DNA of 64,000 nt, taken from Octopus sinensis (lineage: Eukaryota). Shown one piece after another: positions 1 to 14,439 of this stretch (positions are counted from its first letter, which is position 1; each line of letters starts with the position of its first letter). The stretch is taken from the NCBI RefSeq assembly GCF_006345805.1, contig NC_043000.1, positions 54,498,001 through 54,562,000 of the forward strand, written 5' to 3'. A program made the translations under genes and the position numbers. The notes under the pieces were generated by a model, which was given only the letters and a program-made list of their open reading frames with translations, ran no database searches and had not been told where the DNA came from.

Positions 1-85
1 ACACACGAACATGTATGCGTACAAAAAAACATGTATGCAATAGGTATGCGCGAGTATATGTGTGTGTGTTGCCCATATATATATA

Positions 86-440
86 GGGAGAATTCACGAA
101 AAAACAAAAGACGAAGAAATGTGGTGTAGAAAAAAAACACATGTATTAGTATAACGTTCGGGGATTGAAAAAGTATTTAACGTTTCGAGCCTACGCTCTT
201 CCACAGAAAGGAACACAGAAAGAGAGAAACAAGGAGAAAGAAAAAATGTGTGTAGTGGTTACCGATCTATCATGACAAATGGTAAAGCGGGGAGAATGGG
301 AGAAGATGAAAAGAGAAAAGAAATAGATGGGGAGGGAGGGAAAGTAACAAGTGCAGATTAGAGAAAACCGAGTAAGAACATCCAGAGTAGGAAGACACGA
401 CAAAAGGAAAGAACAGAATGTACAGGAAAGTTTAGATAGT
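86..440 (-). mobile_element. Short non-autonomous PLE-pLTR-like repeat (family A) carrying a variant hammerhead motif
   Basis: Similar in reverse orientation to 18215-18385, shares the GAAGAGC..GCTYGAAACGTTAAA motif and abuts a short (TA)n run. Confidence 0.55.
176..209 (-). ncRNA. Minimal type I hammerhead-like motif, variant core (CUGUGGA plus extra A)
   Basis: Minus strand reads UUU-CUGUGGA-A-GAGC-GUAG-GCUC-GAAAC-GUU-AAA. Helix I is UUU/AAA, helix II GAGC/GCUC, helix III the palindrome ACGU. A6 is mutated to U. Confidence 0.5.
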
Positions 441-449
441 ATAAAATAA

Positions 450-513
<64 letters not shown>

Positions 514-528
514 GTAATAATAATAATG

Positions 529-583
<55 letters not shown>
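450..583. repeat. (TAA)n microsatellite
   Basis: Direct reading of the sequence. Confidence 0.95.
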
Positions 584-585
<2 letters not shown>

Positions 586-743
586 GTTTTACGTAAAGTT
601 TAAATATATGTATATATAAACCAATTACAACGGATTTCGCCCAAATTTGACGTCGCTGTTACTTAGTTTGGTTTGAAATAAAGAACCTGATTAGCTTAAT
701 AATCCTAACTTAATCTCGAGAAAAGCCGGGTTATACTGCTAGT
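584..743 (+). mobile_element. Non-autonomous Helitron 3' end
   Basis: Imperfect GC hairpin CTCGAGAAAAGCCGGG followed about 8 nt later by CTAG|T (739-743), the typical Helitron terminus. Confidence 0.5.
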
Positions 744-3059
744 GAATAATAAACTGAAATTGAGTTAATATACCGATACTTTCTGTTCTTAGGGGGCCTC
801 TTGAAATTATAAGTGCATGAATTGCATTTACGCTGGTGCGTATGAATAATAATAGTTTTAATTCAAAATACGGGATAAACCGCTTAGTATTCCTGATGGA
901 TAAAACGCTTGCACCTGTGACTATATTCCTGGGATTATCTAATATATGAACACACGCTTCGAATTGTTAATACTATTTGTAAGCAAATCGAATTGTAATG
1001 AATATGCAAAACAATCCCTAGCAACCTATGATGAACTAAATAAAAAAATTCTATGACAATTTACAAACTTTTACCTAATGGATATCAAGAAGTGATTAAT
1101 CACTCTAGCTGTAATATTGTTTAAACTTACAAGCTTTTATATACTTACTACTTTCGATTGTCAAATAAATTGCCATGAAATATACAAATAAATCCAGTGC
1201 TATTTTGAAACATATCTATTACAAATTCTTACTTTCCATGAAAATTTACTTCATCCGATATAAAATTTAATGTTTTCTTCCAAAATATTATAGACGCGAA
1301 TGATTAGAGCTATTACTATTTTAAGTAAATCTGAAAATCTGACCTTGTTCCACAAACTGTTTTTTTTTATGCAGCAGCTATTTAAAATCTTCTGGCACAG
1401 GAATCAATGTTTACGTTATACAAAATATGATAATACTGATTGAAATAATGATAATGTTAATGAAAAGAAGTGGAGATGGAAAGAAAAAGTGTGAAATATC
1501 CAAAATAATAATTTCTAGAGGGCACTCTCTTGTTAGCCTTTAAAGATTAGACTAAATTGGGAAAAAAGTTTAATGACATACTTTGATCTGTTGCCAATGC
1601 AAATTTTAAGTTCCGGTTGTAATTTTTGTATGATCTTATGAAGCATGCCAAAAAGAAATTGGCATGAAATATTTTCAGTACGTTTAATTCTACGTAAAGT
1701 ATCTAGTGTATTTCGACACCATTAATCCTGTTCACCTGATCAAGCTGTATTTGTAGCATGTAGTCATTCACAATATTTAATGACTTTAGACAACTTCCAA
1801 CTTAATTATGTCTACAGTTCTAAATATCTTAGAGACAAATAATTCGAACCTAAATGTATGTCACACTGTTGTAAATGTAGGGGAGAGGGTGAGAGAAAAC
1901 TAATATATATATATATTTATATATATAAATATATATATATAAGACGTCCAATACATTCATATGATCACTTGATGGTTATTAATGTCTGCGTCATACTGTA
2001 ATAAGTTGCTTAGATAACTGCTAATACCCTCGCAACTTAAACGGTAGCGTACGGAGTTGTACTGCCTTATGGACATGCGCTATTAAATGATTTATTTACC
2101 TATCTATTTATCTGTATATGTATATATATATATGGAGAGAGAGAGAGAGAGAGAGAGATAGATAGATAGATAGATAGATATATGCATACATATATATACA
2201 TATATATACATGTGTATATTTATGTATGTGTATTTGTGTGAGTGAGTGTGCCTATATGTATGCGTATTGTGTATGTATATATTCGATTAGCTGAATTTGG
2301 GTGGCCTAGTTATTTGTATTATAGACTCGCGATTGAAATTTCATAACTTTAAACGCAGTGCGTTGCATTCTTGAGCACCATACTTCATTTGCTCACGATG
2401 CAGGTCTTATTATTTCATGTCTTCACGCAGGTAATCTCCCAGAAATTATAGAACAGAACATCAATTTTGAAGAAATAAATAAACTCTGTTACGTGCATGA
2501 AGCACACTGCATCGCATTCGAACATCCATGTGCTGTCACACTCAAGTACAACCACAATAACCACGCATATAAAACATATATCCTCAAGCGTTATAGATAT
2601 TCAAGATCATTCTGTTTTTCTGGTTTATTTTCATATTCTTAATTTAGTATCACTCACGGACATAGGCAAGAAGAAAGAAAAATATATTTTACGGTAGATA
2701 TTTCTTATAAACGTCGTGCAAGGACAAATCGATGCAGTTCATCCAACACCTTTATTGATTATTACCGAACACATATGTTCATGAAGTTAATTTAAATGAA
2801 TCAATTTAATTTACTATCATGCTACAATGATAATGGCGTAAATTAGAATTTCTGAGCTCCTGATATCTTGTTAAAAAAGGGTATAGATAATAGTTTATGC
2901 ACAGCAACACCACATGTCCAAAATACATTGACTGTAACTTAATTTATTTCGATTTCTGTATGATATCATACACCGCGTAATATAATTTCTATGCAGATGC
3001 CCATATTAGTGTTACCATTTTAACCCCTCTGCAAAAAGATCTCAAATTTTATTTGATTT

Positions 3060-3345
3060 GCTTTTCGCAGGAAGGAAAGTTTCTATCGAAGATATGTCTC
3101 GCCTTCACGTTCGAAACGTAGAGTAGATGAAACCATGGCGACTGAAGAAGGGGTTTTTCCTTGTGCAATTTGTCCCGTACTCTATTTTTGTTGTTGTTTA
3201 AGAAAAATGTCCAGTTCCTTGGATTTTTGTCTATGTTTTCGTTTCTCATTGTGGTCGACGTTTTTTTGGTATCCTGTACTCATAAATGCGTGTATATATG
3301 CATGTAGAGGTAGGTACGTACATATATGTATATATATATGCATAT
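3060..3345 (+). mobile_element. Short interspersed repeat (family B, PLE-pLTR-like)
   Basis: Colinear with 29993-30230 (CTGAAGAAGGGG...TCCTTG...GTTTTCGTTTCTC...GGTATCCTGTAC). Contains a decayed GAAGA...TTCGAAACGTA hammerhead remnant and ends in a TA-rich tail. Confidence 0.6.
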
Positions 3346-3495
3346 CTTTTATTTATTAATATATTATATGACGGAACGCACGCATCCCTTTCTAAGTAAG
3401 ATTGTTATATATATATATACATATATAGAGAGATAGAGAGATATATAGATAGAGAGAGAGAGAAAGAGATAGATGATAAAGAGAGACCAAGAATA

Positions 3496-3987
3496 CGCAG
3501 ACAAAGGAAAATCTTATTGTTTAGCTCAACTTATAGCATTAGTGTAGCCGCTAACATAGCTAGGAAATTCTAAAAATTAATAGACAATCACTTCCAACAT
3601 TCACACAAATACCAGATCTTCAACATACACACAGTTGAAGTTAGCTATAGTTGCCTTCCCAATATAGAGTCCATGATACGCAACCACAGTAAAAATAAAT
3701 ACAGTGGAAATACCTCCTAAAGGCAATGTAACTGTAGATGTCAAAGTCATTGTCCGCTAAATAACAACTATCTCGAGAAAGAAATTATATACAAGGCCAA
3801 AATCACGGATCCCGACAGAGTAGCAAAGACGTATATCAGAATGATAGACAACCCGTTGAGAGAAGCGTGCACACAAATCCTGGCAACTTTCAAAGACAAA
3901 AATAAAAGTCATGTACCATCCCTATCTAATATGATATGGGCATTGGAAGAAGACGATATGAAATGGAAATACAGACGACCGACTTGA
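3496..3987 (+). pseudogene. Penelope-like retroelement C-terminus: RT thumb/linker plus GIY-YIG endonuclease
   Basis: One frame with 2 internal stops: RRQRKILLFSSTYSISVAANIARKF*KLIDNHF...IFNIHTVEVSYSCLPNI...CNCRCQSHCPL...IIYKAKI...TYIRM...SLSNMIWALE. This matches the PLE motifs (IWFNPP, VKVSYSC, CNC..CPL, VIY..YIG, LS..IW). Confidence 0.88.
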
Positions 3988-4141
3988 ATAAATATTAAGA
4001 TATTAAGATATTTTTAACATCCAACCAAGTGTAGCATTAATAACCAAATAAAGATATTCTTAACAGTAATGCAGCATTGAACACTCATTCTCATCGTTCG
4101 ACTTTTCCGTGTATATATATATATGTGTGTAAGAGTTTGTT

Positions 4142-4185
<44 letters not shown>

Positions 4186-4599
4186 TGTGTGTATGTGTGT
4201 GTGTGTGTGTGTGTGGTTTGTGTGTGTGTTGAAACCCAATTCTTCTTTAGTGAAACTGGAATTTTCAATTATCAACATAAGCTTGCTTGGACTTAATACA
4301 TTTTACAATATTTATTACTGGTTTCTAGTCCCCACAAATTAGTCAAATATGATTTATGAGACTACACCATAAGTTAAGTTTCTCACATTTCGAATTAAGG
4401 TGTTCCTTTTACCGAAGACAAAATCGGATTTGTAAGCTATGATGATTCATGTTTCCCTGAAAATTAATATATTACATCAATACATGATATTGGATGCTGT
4501 TTTTCTTTCAGGATATTTGACGCTGCTATGTTGCTCCGTCTATTTCATATATGTATATTTGTATGTTTGTGTGTTAATAGGCAAAAATACGAGATGATA

Positions 4600-4900
4600 T
4601 AATTCGAAAACGAAGAGGAGGGAACGATGTGATCACTGAATAGTGAAATTACAAGTTCTCCTGGATCTGGGATATCACAAGATTCACAGACAAGAGGTGA
4701 ACTCGCACAGTTACAAGAGATCAGGAAAGGTCACTCAGAAGGCCTCATTACAAGGGACTAAAACTTTGAGCGAAGGGGAGAAATACGAGCGTGGTTAGGG
4801 ATCAATTGCAAGCGCAGTATGACGAACAAGGTATAACAACCTCTGATAATCTGAATGAGGTACTTAAATTGAGGCAATAATTTACACGGAGAAAACAATA
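4600..4900 (+). mobile_element. Very decayed CR1/L2-like LINE 3' end
   Basis: Fragments GHSEGL and ITTSDNLNEVL resemble the CR1 C-terminal RGH...V.A.SLN.FK. Confidence 0.3.
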
Positions 4901-6356
4901 ATATGTAAAGATGAAACTTGATAAGGTACGTAAGTACTGGCTGAATGATATTCTTGCGGTGTTTGTAGACAATTAGACCCAGCTGAGTGACGAAATCTGT
5001 TCTTGTGCTATTCAGACATTAGATATATGGTCCATAATATTTACGAAGGGCAGATTCCGAGACAGGTGAATAAAATATGAGTAACTGTAGAAATGTAGGT
5101 GTCAAACTATTACGGCCGTTTCTAACGACTTCTTTTATTGATTAGTGAAAACATTACATCGTTATAAAGAAACTATTTTCGTCATATGAATTCATGAACT
5201 TTCGAAATGATTAACATAGTTTAAGATCCACGGAGCAGAGACATTTACAGTGATTCTTCTACTATTTCAGTTGGGTCTAATTATCTACACACACTGCACG
5301 CCGCAAGAATATCATTCGACCGGTATTTATGTATCAACTGCTATATTTACATAATATTTTTGTGTGTATATATTATTTCAACCTATCGAGATGCCTCTAT
5401 TTAAGTACCTAATTCATTTGAGTCTTACTTATACGCACACACATACACACATGTATATATGCATATGCTTGTGTATGTGTGTGTTTGTGTGTGCGTGTTT
5501 GTGTTGTGTGTGTGTGTGTGTGTGTTTGTGTGTGTGTGTTGTGTGTGTGTGGTGTGTGTGTGTGTGTGTGTGTGGTGTGTGTGTGTGTGTGACATAGCAT
5601 CTCTATATTTGAGATGCGAAACATTTATTGACATTTCTGAAGAAAGGAAGGATTTGATGAAAAATGAGTACTTGAAATGACTATATGACCTTGAAGCAGA
5701 AAGGAGTGTTATTTGAATGACCGTGCTATTCAGCCAACACGAAATAAAGAACATAATAAAAGGTTTGATTACTAACAAGCATTTTTTACATCACCAATGT
5801 TAAATGAATTTAAATATCTGTATACATGGAACAAATCCAAATAAATATATCCTAAGCAACTGGTTTGCATTAGTTGCTTCTTTGGTTGAGGTGCACTGTA
5901 AATATACATCATGAATAAACACAATAATTTTGCTGATAATGTTCCTTAATCGCTTTTCAAGTATAGAAGAGGAACGTTAGTGTAGTTATCATGCACATAT
6001 ACGAAATGGAGTCGAGTAGATTGTTCAGGAGATATAATCAAACGGATTTGTCTGTATAACATTAAAGCAGAATTTGAATTCTTTTATTCTTTTGTTTCAA
6101 CATTTAGAATGCGGTCATGCTTAATAGTCATGATGAATAGCGACAAAATCAGTTTTAATACCAAAACGGAAGCGTATATCCAAATTAACGTGGATCTTGC
6201 GTTAGAATATCGAATACACTGTCAAACATATTTATATCGTTTGCCAACAACATAAATATGAATGCTTTTATGCAACATCCATCCATATGGAAGGTTCTCC
6301 TCAACAGTATTCGGTGTCCTAACACAACACCCATGCTAAGCTGGATATCTATCTAC

Positions 6357-6496
<140 letters not shown>

Positions 6497-7195
6497 GAAA
6501 TAGTGGCACAACAGGGTGTCAATCTTTGCTGGAAATAGTAGTCAATAATTGTGTGACGATACGTAAAGCTTCACTGAATGTGTAGAGGCAAAGGTGCGTG
6601 CTGGCGACGAATACAAAAAAAATATCCGCCTTACCTCTAGGAAGAACGCCAGAGAAATGGACAACCTGAAACCTGAGTTTCGAACTTCTCAGAATACGTT
6701 TGTTATCGTTAAAATGATGGCCCTTGTCAGCTATCTCCACCGAAAAGACTAGATATAGAATATCTGCTACATCAATGCCTGTATACTTGGCCAATAACTG
6801 CAGCTATAAACAGAACAGAGATCAGTGAAAAAGTTTTAAATAAACAAATATAAATTTTATTACAATACAATAATAATATTTTCCAGCGAAATAAAGCAAC
6901 GTAAAGGTAGAATTATAAATAGGAAATAGTGGCACAACAACGTACCAGACGAACAGTAGTCGATAATCATTCGATCCTAGGTAAAGCTTCACTGAATGTA
7001 TAGATACAAAGATGTGTGCGGTCGGCGAATATAAAAAAAAAATTATCTTACTTCTCGGAAGAACGCCAGAGAAATGAACAAACTAGTACTCGAGTTTCGA
7101 ACTTTTCAGTCAAGTTTATTGCTTGGGCTATTGACCGAGTATGCAGGCATTGATATAGTCTCTTCGGTGGACTTAGCTGACGATGCGGTATGAAT
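6497..7195. mobile_element. Two diverged tandem units of a PLE-pLTR-like repeat (family C); the second has an inverted segment
   Basis: GAAATAGTGGCACAAC...GTAAAGCTTCACTGAATG...GGAAGAACGCCAGAGAAATG...GAGTTTCGAACTT occurs at about 6497-6692 and 6923-7109. Segment 6724-6798 reappears reverse-complemented at about 7127-7183. Confidence 0.75.
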
Positions 7196-7582
7196 GAATT
7201 TCAGTAGTTGTTAACATAATTTATTTTAAGGTATGAACTAACCTCTCATTCTTATAAACACCTAGTAGCTATTTAACTTGCATTGTGATCTTGAGTGCAC
7301 CAAACCACACGTGTGTGTATGTTAACATTTTCACCGATGCTTGTATGAGCGCGTGTACACGCGCCCTGCAGTTTGCGTGAGGGTATTTATACATCCATAT
7401 TTGTTAACAGTTTTTTAAATACTTTTCTCACTGTATTGCGTGTTCATTTCTTTTTTGTATCTAGGATTTTATTTTTGATCTCCTATACAAATGAAGACAT
7501 TTCCTTCGTTTTGCTGCTTTTTCTTTCTACGAAATAAGAAGATACAGTGCACAACTGTTATTTTAACGAGTTGTATCTGTTT

Positions 7583-7652
7583 ATCACCCGATAAGACACA
7601 CCTGCACTATCGGATGCTCCTGAATGAGTTGTGTTGAAACAATTGTCGTTAT
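7583..7652 (+). ncRNA. Degenerate type I hammerhead motif (family D)
   Basis: AUCAC-CCGAUAA-GACAC...GUGUU-GAAAC-AAUU-GUC-GUUAU. Helix III is the palindrome ACAAUUGU with a GUC site; AATAAA and (TA)n follow. The core has 2 changes from CUGAUGA. Confidence 0.55.
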
Positions 7653-7693
7653 TAATAATAAATTGTCATATATTTCATCTTCCGGCGTTCATT

Positions 7694-7771
<78 letters not shown>

Positions 7772-8047
7772 GAACATTGCAGGGTCACAATTGTCTCGAC
7801 ACCCTTTCCCTTTAGTTCGAATATTATCTAGGATTTACTTCTGTGGAATATATAAATTACTATCTAAATCCCGTCTGTTATAGACATACATTTATTTAAA
7901 TGTCCTAAATACGCTAAAACACCAACATTCCGTGGATAGCGATATAATTTATAGAACTCACCTGTTCTGATGCATTGAAAACGATTAGAATATATAGTCA
8001 GGAAAATAGAAGCCTCCGTGCAGATGCTTAACAATGACATATAAATT

Positions 8048-9294
8048 TAGAAGGTGCGTCGTATAGAATTCACGAATAATTTTTAGTTATAATTTTTAGT
8101 AAAGGGCATAAAAACAAACGTTTTTAGGATTTAAATATGGCCATGCACCATATTAGTTGCATTCAATATGTTCCACTTTAGACTTTACAAACGCCTGAAC
8201 ACGTCCGAAAACCAAGTCTCACGGACACCGGTCGATTTTTCACTTATAATCCCCATGACACGACTCATTCTTTCTTCAGAGAAGTGATATTTTGTGGGAA
8301 ACTCTTGAAACGTCACTCTCTAGAATGGACCAAATACTGAAGTTTGCCGTCTGGGATGGAGAGGAACCACACAATCTTGTCCCAGAACCACTGAAATGGA
8401 TCCTGATCTACTGCTGTGTCATATTGGACGTATGAGAAGAGCAGCGTTTGTGTGAACACGTGGTAATCTCCAAATGCTTCGGTCACCCGTGGCAAACTAT
8501 CATCCTCTAACATTTTCATGTAAATTGCCGAACTCAACTTCGTCCCTCTCTAATGAACACCAGAGGAGACTTTCAACTTTCGGATGACACTGCTGCTCAA
8601 ATCAATCATCACTCCAGCGGGTTTCATTCGGTGAAATACCTTAAGGGTGCCTTCGTAAACAGCATCTGACCTCATGACCAAAATCCTGTCAATCTGGGTG
8701 TTTGATACATCTTCCACGGTGAATACGTTTTGCTTGACTAGATGAAGTCATTTCCACTGGCGCTGTGAATCTCCTCCCCCATTTTTGACACTTATCCAGT
8801 TGTTTTGCTTTGGATGATTCAGAAATTAAATGTCAGCGTTGCAGCGTTAATGACTTACAGCTTAAATCTTTATACATAGCTGTCTGGGAAATATCGACAC
8901 TTTTAGCCATTTGCTTCATGCTCCACTGTTGCTTTCGTGATACTCTCTTTTGGACAACCTCCACCAATTGTTTCGTTTTTGCAGAAATGGTCTTGCTGAC
9001 GAATGAACTTGTCTCACTGTAGTGTTTCATGACGCTGTAGACCGCTTCAGGATGAACACAAATCTTTGAAGCGATGTTTCTGTTGCTATATCCTGCTTTA
9101 TTCAGAGCTACAATCTCACTTCACCTCTTAGCTGCCATACAGAAACCTTTTATTCGCCGAACGTACACACACAATGGAGTGTACATGAACAATTCAATGT
9201 CGAGGAGCGCATTTTGATTATTTTTGTGCGATTACAAACTAAATTTAATTAAAAAATATTTAAGTAATCGGAAATTTTCAACAGCGTACCCTTT
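8048..9294 (-). mobile_element. Tc1/mariner superfamily relic, maT (DD37D)-like transposase pseudogene
   Basis: Minus strand from ATG at 9138: MAAKR*SEIVALNKAGYSNRNIA (HTH), VFTVEDVSNTQIDR, KPAGVMI*AAVSSES*KSPLVFI and FWDK. Degenerate TIRs read TAGAAGGTGCG / CGTACCCTTTA. Confidence 0.82.
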
Positions 9295-9689
9295 ACAGTT
9301 CATGCCAAACCGGGAGGCAACAATTTTCAAACAATTATTTAACATAGCTTTATTTGAATTTGATTCATATATCTACATATTTAAAATGGTTTACCATGAA
9401 TAATGTAAGAAAACGTTTTAGTAATCAATGCTCTTATCATGTTCCTATTCTACGATTGGTGGCATGATAATCCATATACCACTCTTCTCGGCTTGATGTA
9501 GACATGGACAAAATAAATTCTCATTTTCTATATATAACACTTACATACAAACATAAATACCCAGACACGTATATATCCACATGCGCGCGCACACACATAC
9601 ACACACAAACAAACACACACTACATATACATAATTGTGTACTAATAATTTGCAGTAGATTCCTGCCTATTTCCTCAAGTAAGAAGTTTA

Positions 9690-11075
9690 CTATTCACTTA
9701 GACAGAATCATCTTTTCACCATTTTATGATTGTTGACCATGTGTCTTTTCAGATATGACGTGTTCACAACTTAAGCGGTTCATCTTACGTTCTGAGGTTT
9801 AGATAAAACTTTGTTGCACGCTAAGTCAACGCAGCTATTGAGAGTTATTGCTTTAGTTCCCTCTCAACATAATCTCCCTGATTGTGTACAACACGTGGAG
9901 GTATTTCTACATCTTTTTCCAACTGATATCTCTAGTATAAACCGTTAATAGTTCCTTTCAAAATTTGGTTCAAAGCATATATCATCTGATTTCATGAAAC
10001 ATTCTTCCCTAACGTACGATTTGTTGGGGATATTAGAAAAAATAAAGAGCTTAAATGTGGTTACTGGTTCATATCCCACGTACTGTACCCAATGTTTTGT
10101 AGTCTGCCAAACGTTGTAGATGCTATTCATGAGTTTATTTCCTGGAAACACTGACAGGAGTTTGCATTTCATGTCATTTATTTACAGGTCCTGGTTTTAA
10201 ACTCTTCATCTTTTGACTGTTTAGTGAATACTTTTAATTTGTCCTGAATAGCGTTAATCAGAATTTTGTCATCAACCTATAGGTAAACCAAAAATTTTTC
10301 CTTAAAAATTCCTCAAAAAATTTCCATAATTTTTGCCAGAAAATTTCAGCAATGGGGTCAACCATGTGTTTTAAATTCAGGTAATCTTTTCATAGAACTA
10401 GGCCTACTTCAATTGCAGGCGTCAAGTGACTATTCAAGACCAAGTTACCCCGGGTTGTATAACACACTATACATCATAGTATGTCGGGGTTTACATGTAT
10501 ATCTGTCATGGTCTTTTATTAAACATTTCTTCGGAACTTGTAGAAGACTGGATGAGAGTTGACAAATTTAAAGCGCAAGTGTACATAAATCTTTTAACCA
10601 TTGTCTCTCTGATATATAAAATAAGCCTCTATCTTATTAGGTCGAAATACAAATCTCCTTCCCTTATTTCTTCGGTTTTACTTTTGATTCTCTCGAGAAC
10701 GATGGAAGAAAAATTCTTGCTATTGATAAAAGAAAGGTTGCTTTCTAATTTTCGTTTTTGCTGTCATTTTTTTTCCTAAGAAGTATTCACAGATTACTGA
10801 TTCAATCATTTAGTTGATTTTTGATTTCAGCACTATGTTGAACATTCCGTGTAACATATTAAGCTTGTCATTGCGGTTTTTATTACTTCGGTAATAATAG
10901 CATTTATACCGACCTTGTAAATGTTTCGTTATTTCTATTGCCTCTCGAATTTCCTCTTTTGATATTTCTGCATGAGTTCTCGCAACAGGAGAAAGATCTA
11001 AAATCTTTGATATTGCACCCAGGTCGTGTACGATTTTACAGTTAAGTTATTGTTTGAATCGATCATTCCATCACT
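9690..11075 (-). pseudogene. RTE-like non-LTR reverse transcriptase relic
   Basis: Frameshifted minus-strand motifs in RT order: ISKEEIREAI, GINAIITEVIK, SKNFSSIVLERIKSKTEEIREG, VDDKILINAIQDKL (YADD region), INDMKCK, EPVTTFKL. Confidence 0.7.
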
Positions 11076-11109
11076 GATGGGCCACAGCCTTTTTCTCTCA
11101 TTACACGCA

Positions 11110-11342
11110 TACAAAACTACAAACGCATATACATATCTACATATATACATACATACACATACATACATATGCATACACACACAGACACAGACACGCATAT
11201 ATATGTACACACATATATATATGTATGTGTGCATGTATGTATGTATGTATGTATGTATCTATCTATTTATATATCTCACACTTTCTCTCTTTCTCTCTCC
11301 CTCTCTCTCTATATATATATGTATGCATATATATATACATAC

Positions 11343-11411
<69 letters not shown>

Positions 11412-11412
11412 G
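11110..11412. repeat. Compound (TACA)/(CA)/(TC)/(TA)n microsatellite
   Basis: Direct reading of the sequence. Confidence 0.95.
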
Positions 11413-11759
11413 TAGCTCCTGAAAGCAAATATGATAAAATAATAGGGGTACAAAGTCTCATACTGGATATATATATATATAATATTTACCACAATTTGCT
11501 TCATGGTATATGTTCTGAACCTATTGTTTAACACCAAATTTGCTGCGATCGAAAAGATATACGATCGGAACTACTAGAACTCACTCAAACCCACCGGTTA
11601 TTTTCGTATGCAAATGAATGAACAGTTCTGATATTATGAAACTGAAGGAACATTTAGCAGCAATTTCTAGCAGATTATTTGAATGTATACAGTCTGCCTC
11701 ATTGGCTCACAATATAGTGTACACATGTGGATACAACATTTTCACTTCACTGTATTTGC

Positions 11760-12420
11760 GGAAGTACTTCAGGGAGATTCCTCATACTTCTCGAACGATT
11801 GAATATAGTATTAATCGGTGAGTAATAGTTCGAGTTTTGTTTGTTTTTTATGACATATAGATTTGGCAGTATTTTGATTCTTACTGCTATGAGAATTTCA
11901 AGTTTTTGTGTACTTGTGCGAATGCAGCATATGCGTGCAGAATACGCTTACGTCTTGTACACTAGCGCATATTTGGTACCATCCTAAAGAGGTCCGTTAT
12001 AATATCTGAATTTTCAATTTTTTCTCGACTTAATTTGTCTGCATGAGACTATTCTACGACATTCATAGAAAAATATATCTGAAATGAAATTTCAGTGTTA
12101 TGTTTGTTAGGTTAAACGGTTGCCATAATTTAGTATGCTAACCGCTTAAGTGCTTCAATTTACCAACTTAATATCTCTTTTTACATTGAGAAGATAGTTA
12201 AATTCATGTGTAACATCAGAAGTTTATTTTTATTTCTGTTATAGACAGCATTTCTGTTATACTGTTTTTCCAATTCTTATTTAGAGAATTTATACTTGAA
12301 AACAAATTTTAATCGTCTGTAATCTAGAGACAACTATCTCTTCCCAATTTCGTTCAACTATTCGCTAGAATCATTTCACTGAAAGATAAGCTGGATAAAA
12401 TTTATATTGAAAACTTAACA
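11760..12420 (+). mobile_element. CR1-like LINE 3' relic
   Basis: YANRLKCFNLPT (about 12134-12167) resembles CR1 YEERLKxLNLPTL, and SLESF...KLDK near 12360-12400 resembles the CR1 terminal motif. Confidence 0.5.
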
Positions 12421-12966
12421 CAAATTTTCCAAGAATTTGTTGTTCACTTTTGTATTTTTAAATCAACACCTCCTCTGCATGACGTGCATGTACGTAACTA
12501 ACTAATTGCTTTTTAGTTAAGCGAAGATAACTAAATCAAATTTCCCTAAACTTTAATAAATGATATTTATGTAATTCGACATAACACCTGGGTAATGTTG
12601 CAACATGCAAATCTGATTCATGAGGAAGATTCCCTGTCAGAGAATCTACAGTTTGTTTTTATACTAGACATACTAGACAATCAGGTTTAGAATTGGTAAA
12701 CTGATTTTTTATTACTTTGATCATTATGTAATATCAGAGTTGGCTTTTATCAAGATAAAATACTTGCTGAGTTGATGAGATTATGAGGTAAATTTTCCAC
12801 CAACATTATGATGAGCAAAATATATAGACACATACACTCATGCACACACACATGCTCGTAAACACATACATACATATCTATATATTTATATACTGACATA
12901 TCTATATACATACATATCTATATATTTATATACTGACCCTAAATATGTAGGTGGTGTGTGAGGTGT

Positions 12967-13006
<40 letters not shown>

Positions 13007-13806
13007 ATGTTAAGGAATGACAATATGCATACAGATTCTTTGAGTCCCATGTTAAACTCTAGCAGTAATCTACCAATATATGCAATAGAAAAGGAATTAT
13101 ATGCTAGTACAATTAAGTATTGACACCTCCTGTGTCAGGCTTTATAAACATTAGTGCACTGACATTTCGGATAAAGTCCGATGTTAACGTGTATGCTCCG
13201 TATGACAGTATTCCTAATTAAATCGCACTAACAGTAATTAACGTCCAGTAACATATGCTTGTTCTCAGGTAATATATATATATATCTAATTCAACATGTA
13301 TGTTTTTGTGCGTGTACATGTGCGTGTGCGTGTCTGTATATTTTATACAGTAATATTTATGTACGGCGCTAACCATACTTATAAGGAAAATATCAGTTAA
13401 AATTCTATAGTCTTATAGTTACAACCCTAATATGTCTCATGAAACAAGTTTCTATCCCTTGTATCTATTGAAGCACTTTACAAAAAAATCTTTACATATA
13501 AATACGGCAGAAATTTTATGGTGTTTCAACCACGCATAAATTCATCAAGTATATTTTATATTAAGAAAAAGGTATACAAAAACACCCATCATAAATCTGT
13601 AGGGGATTCAGAACCTTCAAGGTCGTTCCAGATGGGTCTCATGCACGAATACGCTCAATCTTTCAATCCTAGATCATCGGCACACAAACTTTTCTGACTA
13701 GCTCTTATCAAAACGGTAGATGCTTTCTAGTGATTGTTTATAAGTAATATATTTCTGTGTCTCTATTGAACTTGCACACACAGACACACATACGCACACA
13801 CACACA

Positions 13807-13849
<43 letters not shown>

Positions 13850-14177
13850 TATGCAGACATATAATACCTGTGTCATTACCAAAACTGAAGTCAGTCATTC
13901 CCCGTCATAGGTAAATTAGAATTCTTCTCTCAGATCATCTTAAATCGTTTAAGGTTTCTTGAATGGTTTCCTGGTTAGTTTCTCCTCTAATAATCCACTT
14001 TCATATATGTACTTCAAATTCGAAGCAATGGTCAGGAAAGAAATAGATTAACGGAAATAAAGTACATGTGAAAGACAACTCCACCTTAAAGCAAGAACAT
14101 TGACTATAAAATCGCATTTGGTTGAAAGTATTTTAGCCAACCGATCTAGAAATGCCTAAAATCCCTTCAAAGGACAT

Positions 14178-14197
14178 CATAATAATAATAATAATAA

Positions 14198-14236
<39 letters not shown>

Positions 14237-14239
14237 GTT

Positions 14240-14273
<34 letters not shown>

Positions 14274-14274
14274 C

Positions 14275-14316
<42 letters not shown>

Positions 14317-14439
14317 GTGGTGATGGTGGTGGTGGTGATGGTGGTGGTGGTGATGATGGTGGTGGTGATGGTGGTGGTTGTGGCGCAGGTGGTGGTGGTG
14401 GTTTTCGTGGTGATGGTGGTAGTAGTGGTAGTAATATTT

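Noticed and set aside
2358-2642. 94-aa His/Cys-containing ORF
   Set aside because: GTG start, no recognisable domain and no supporting exon structure.
10185-10285. Apparent minus-strand exon (acceptor TTTACCTATAG, then VDDKILINAIQDKLK..)
   Set aside because: It lies colinearly within the RTE RT relic and corresponds to the YADD region.
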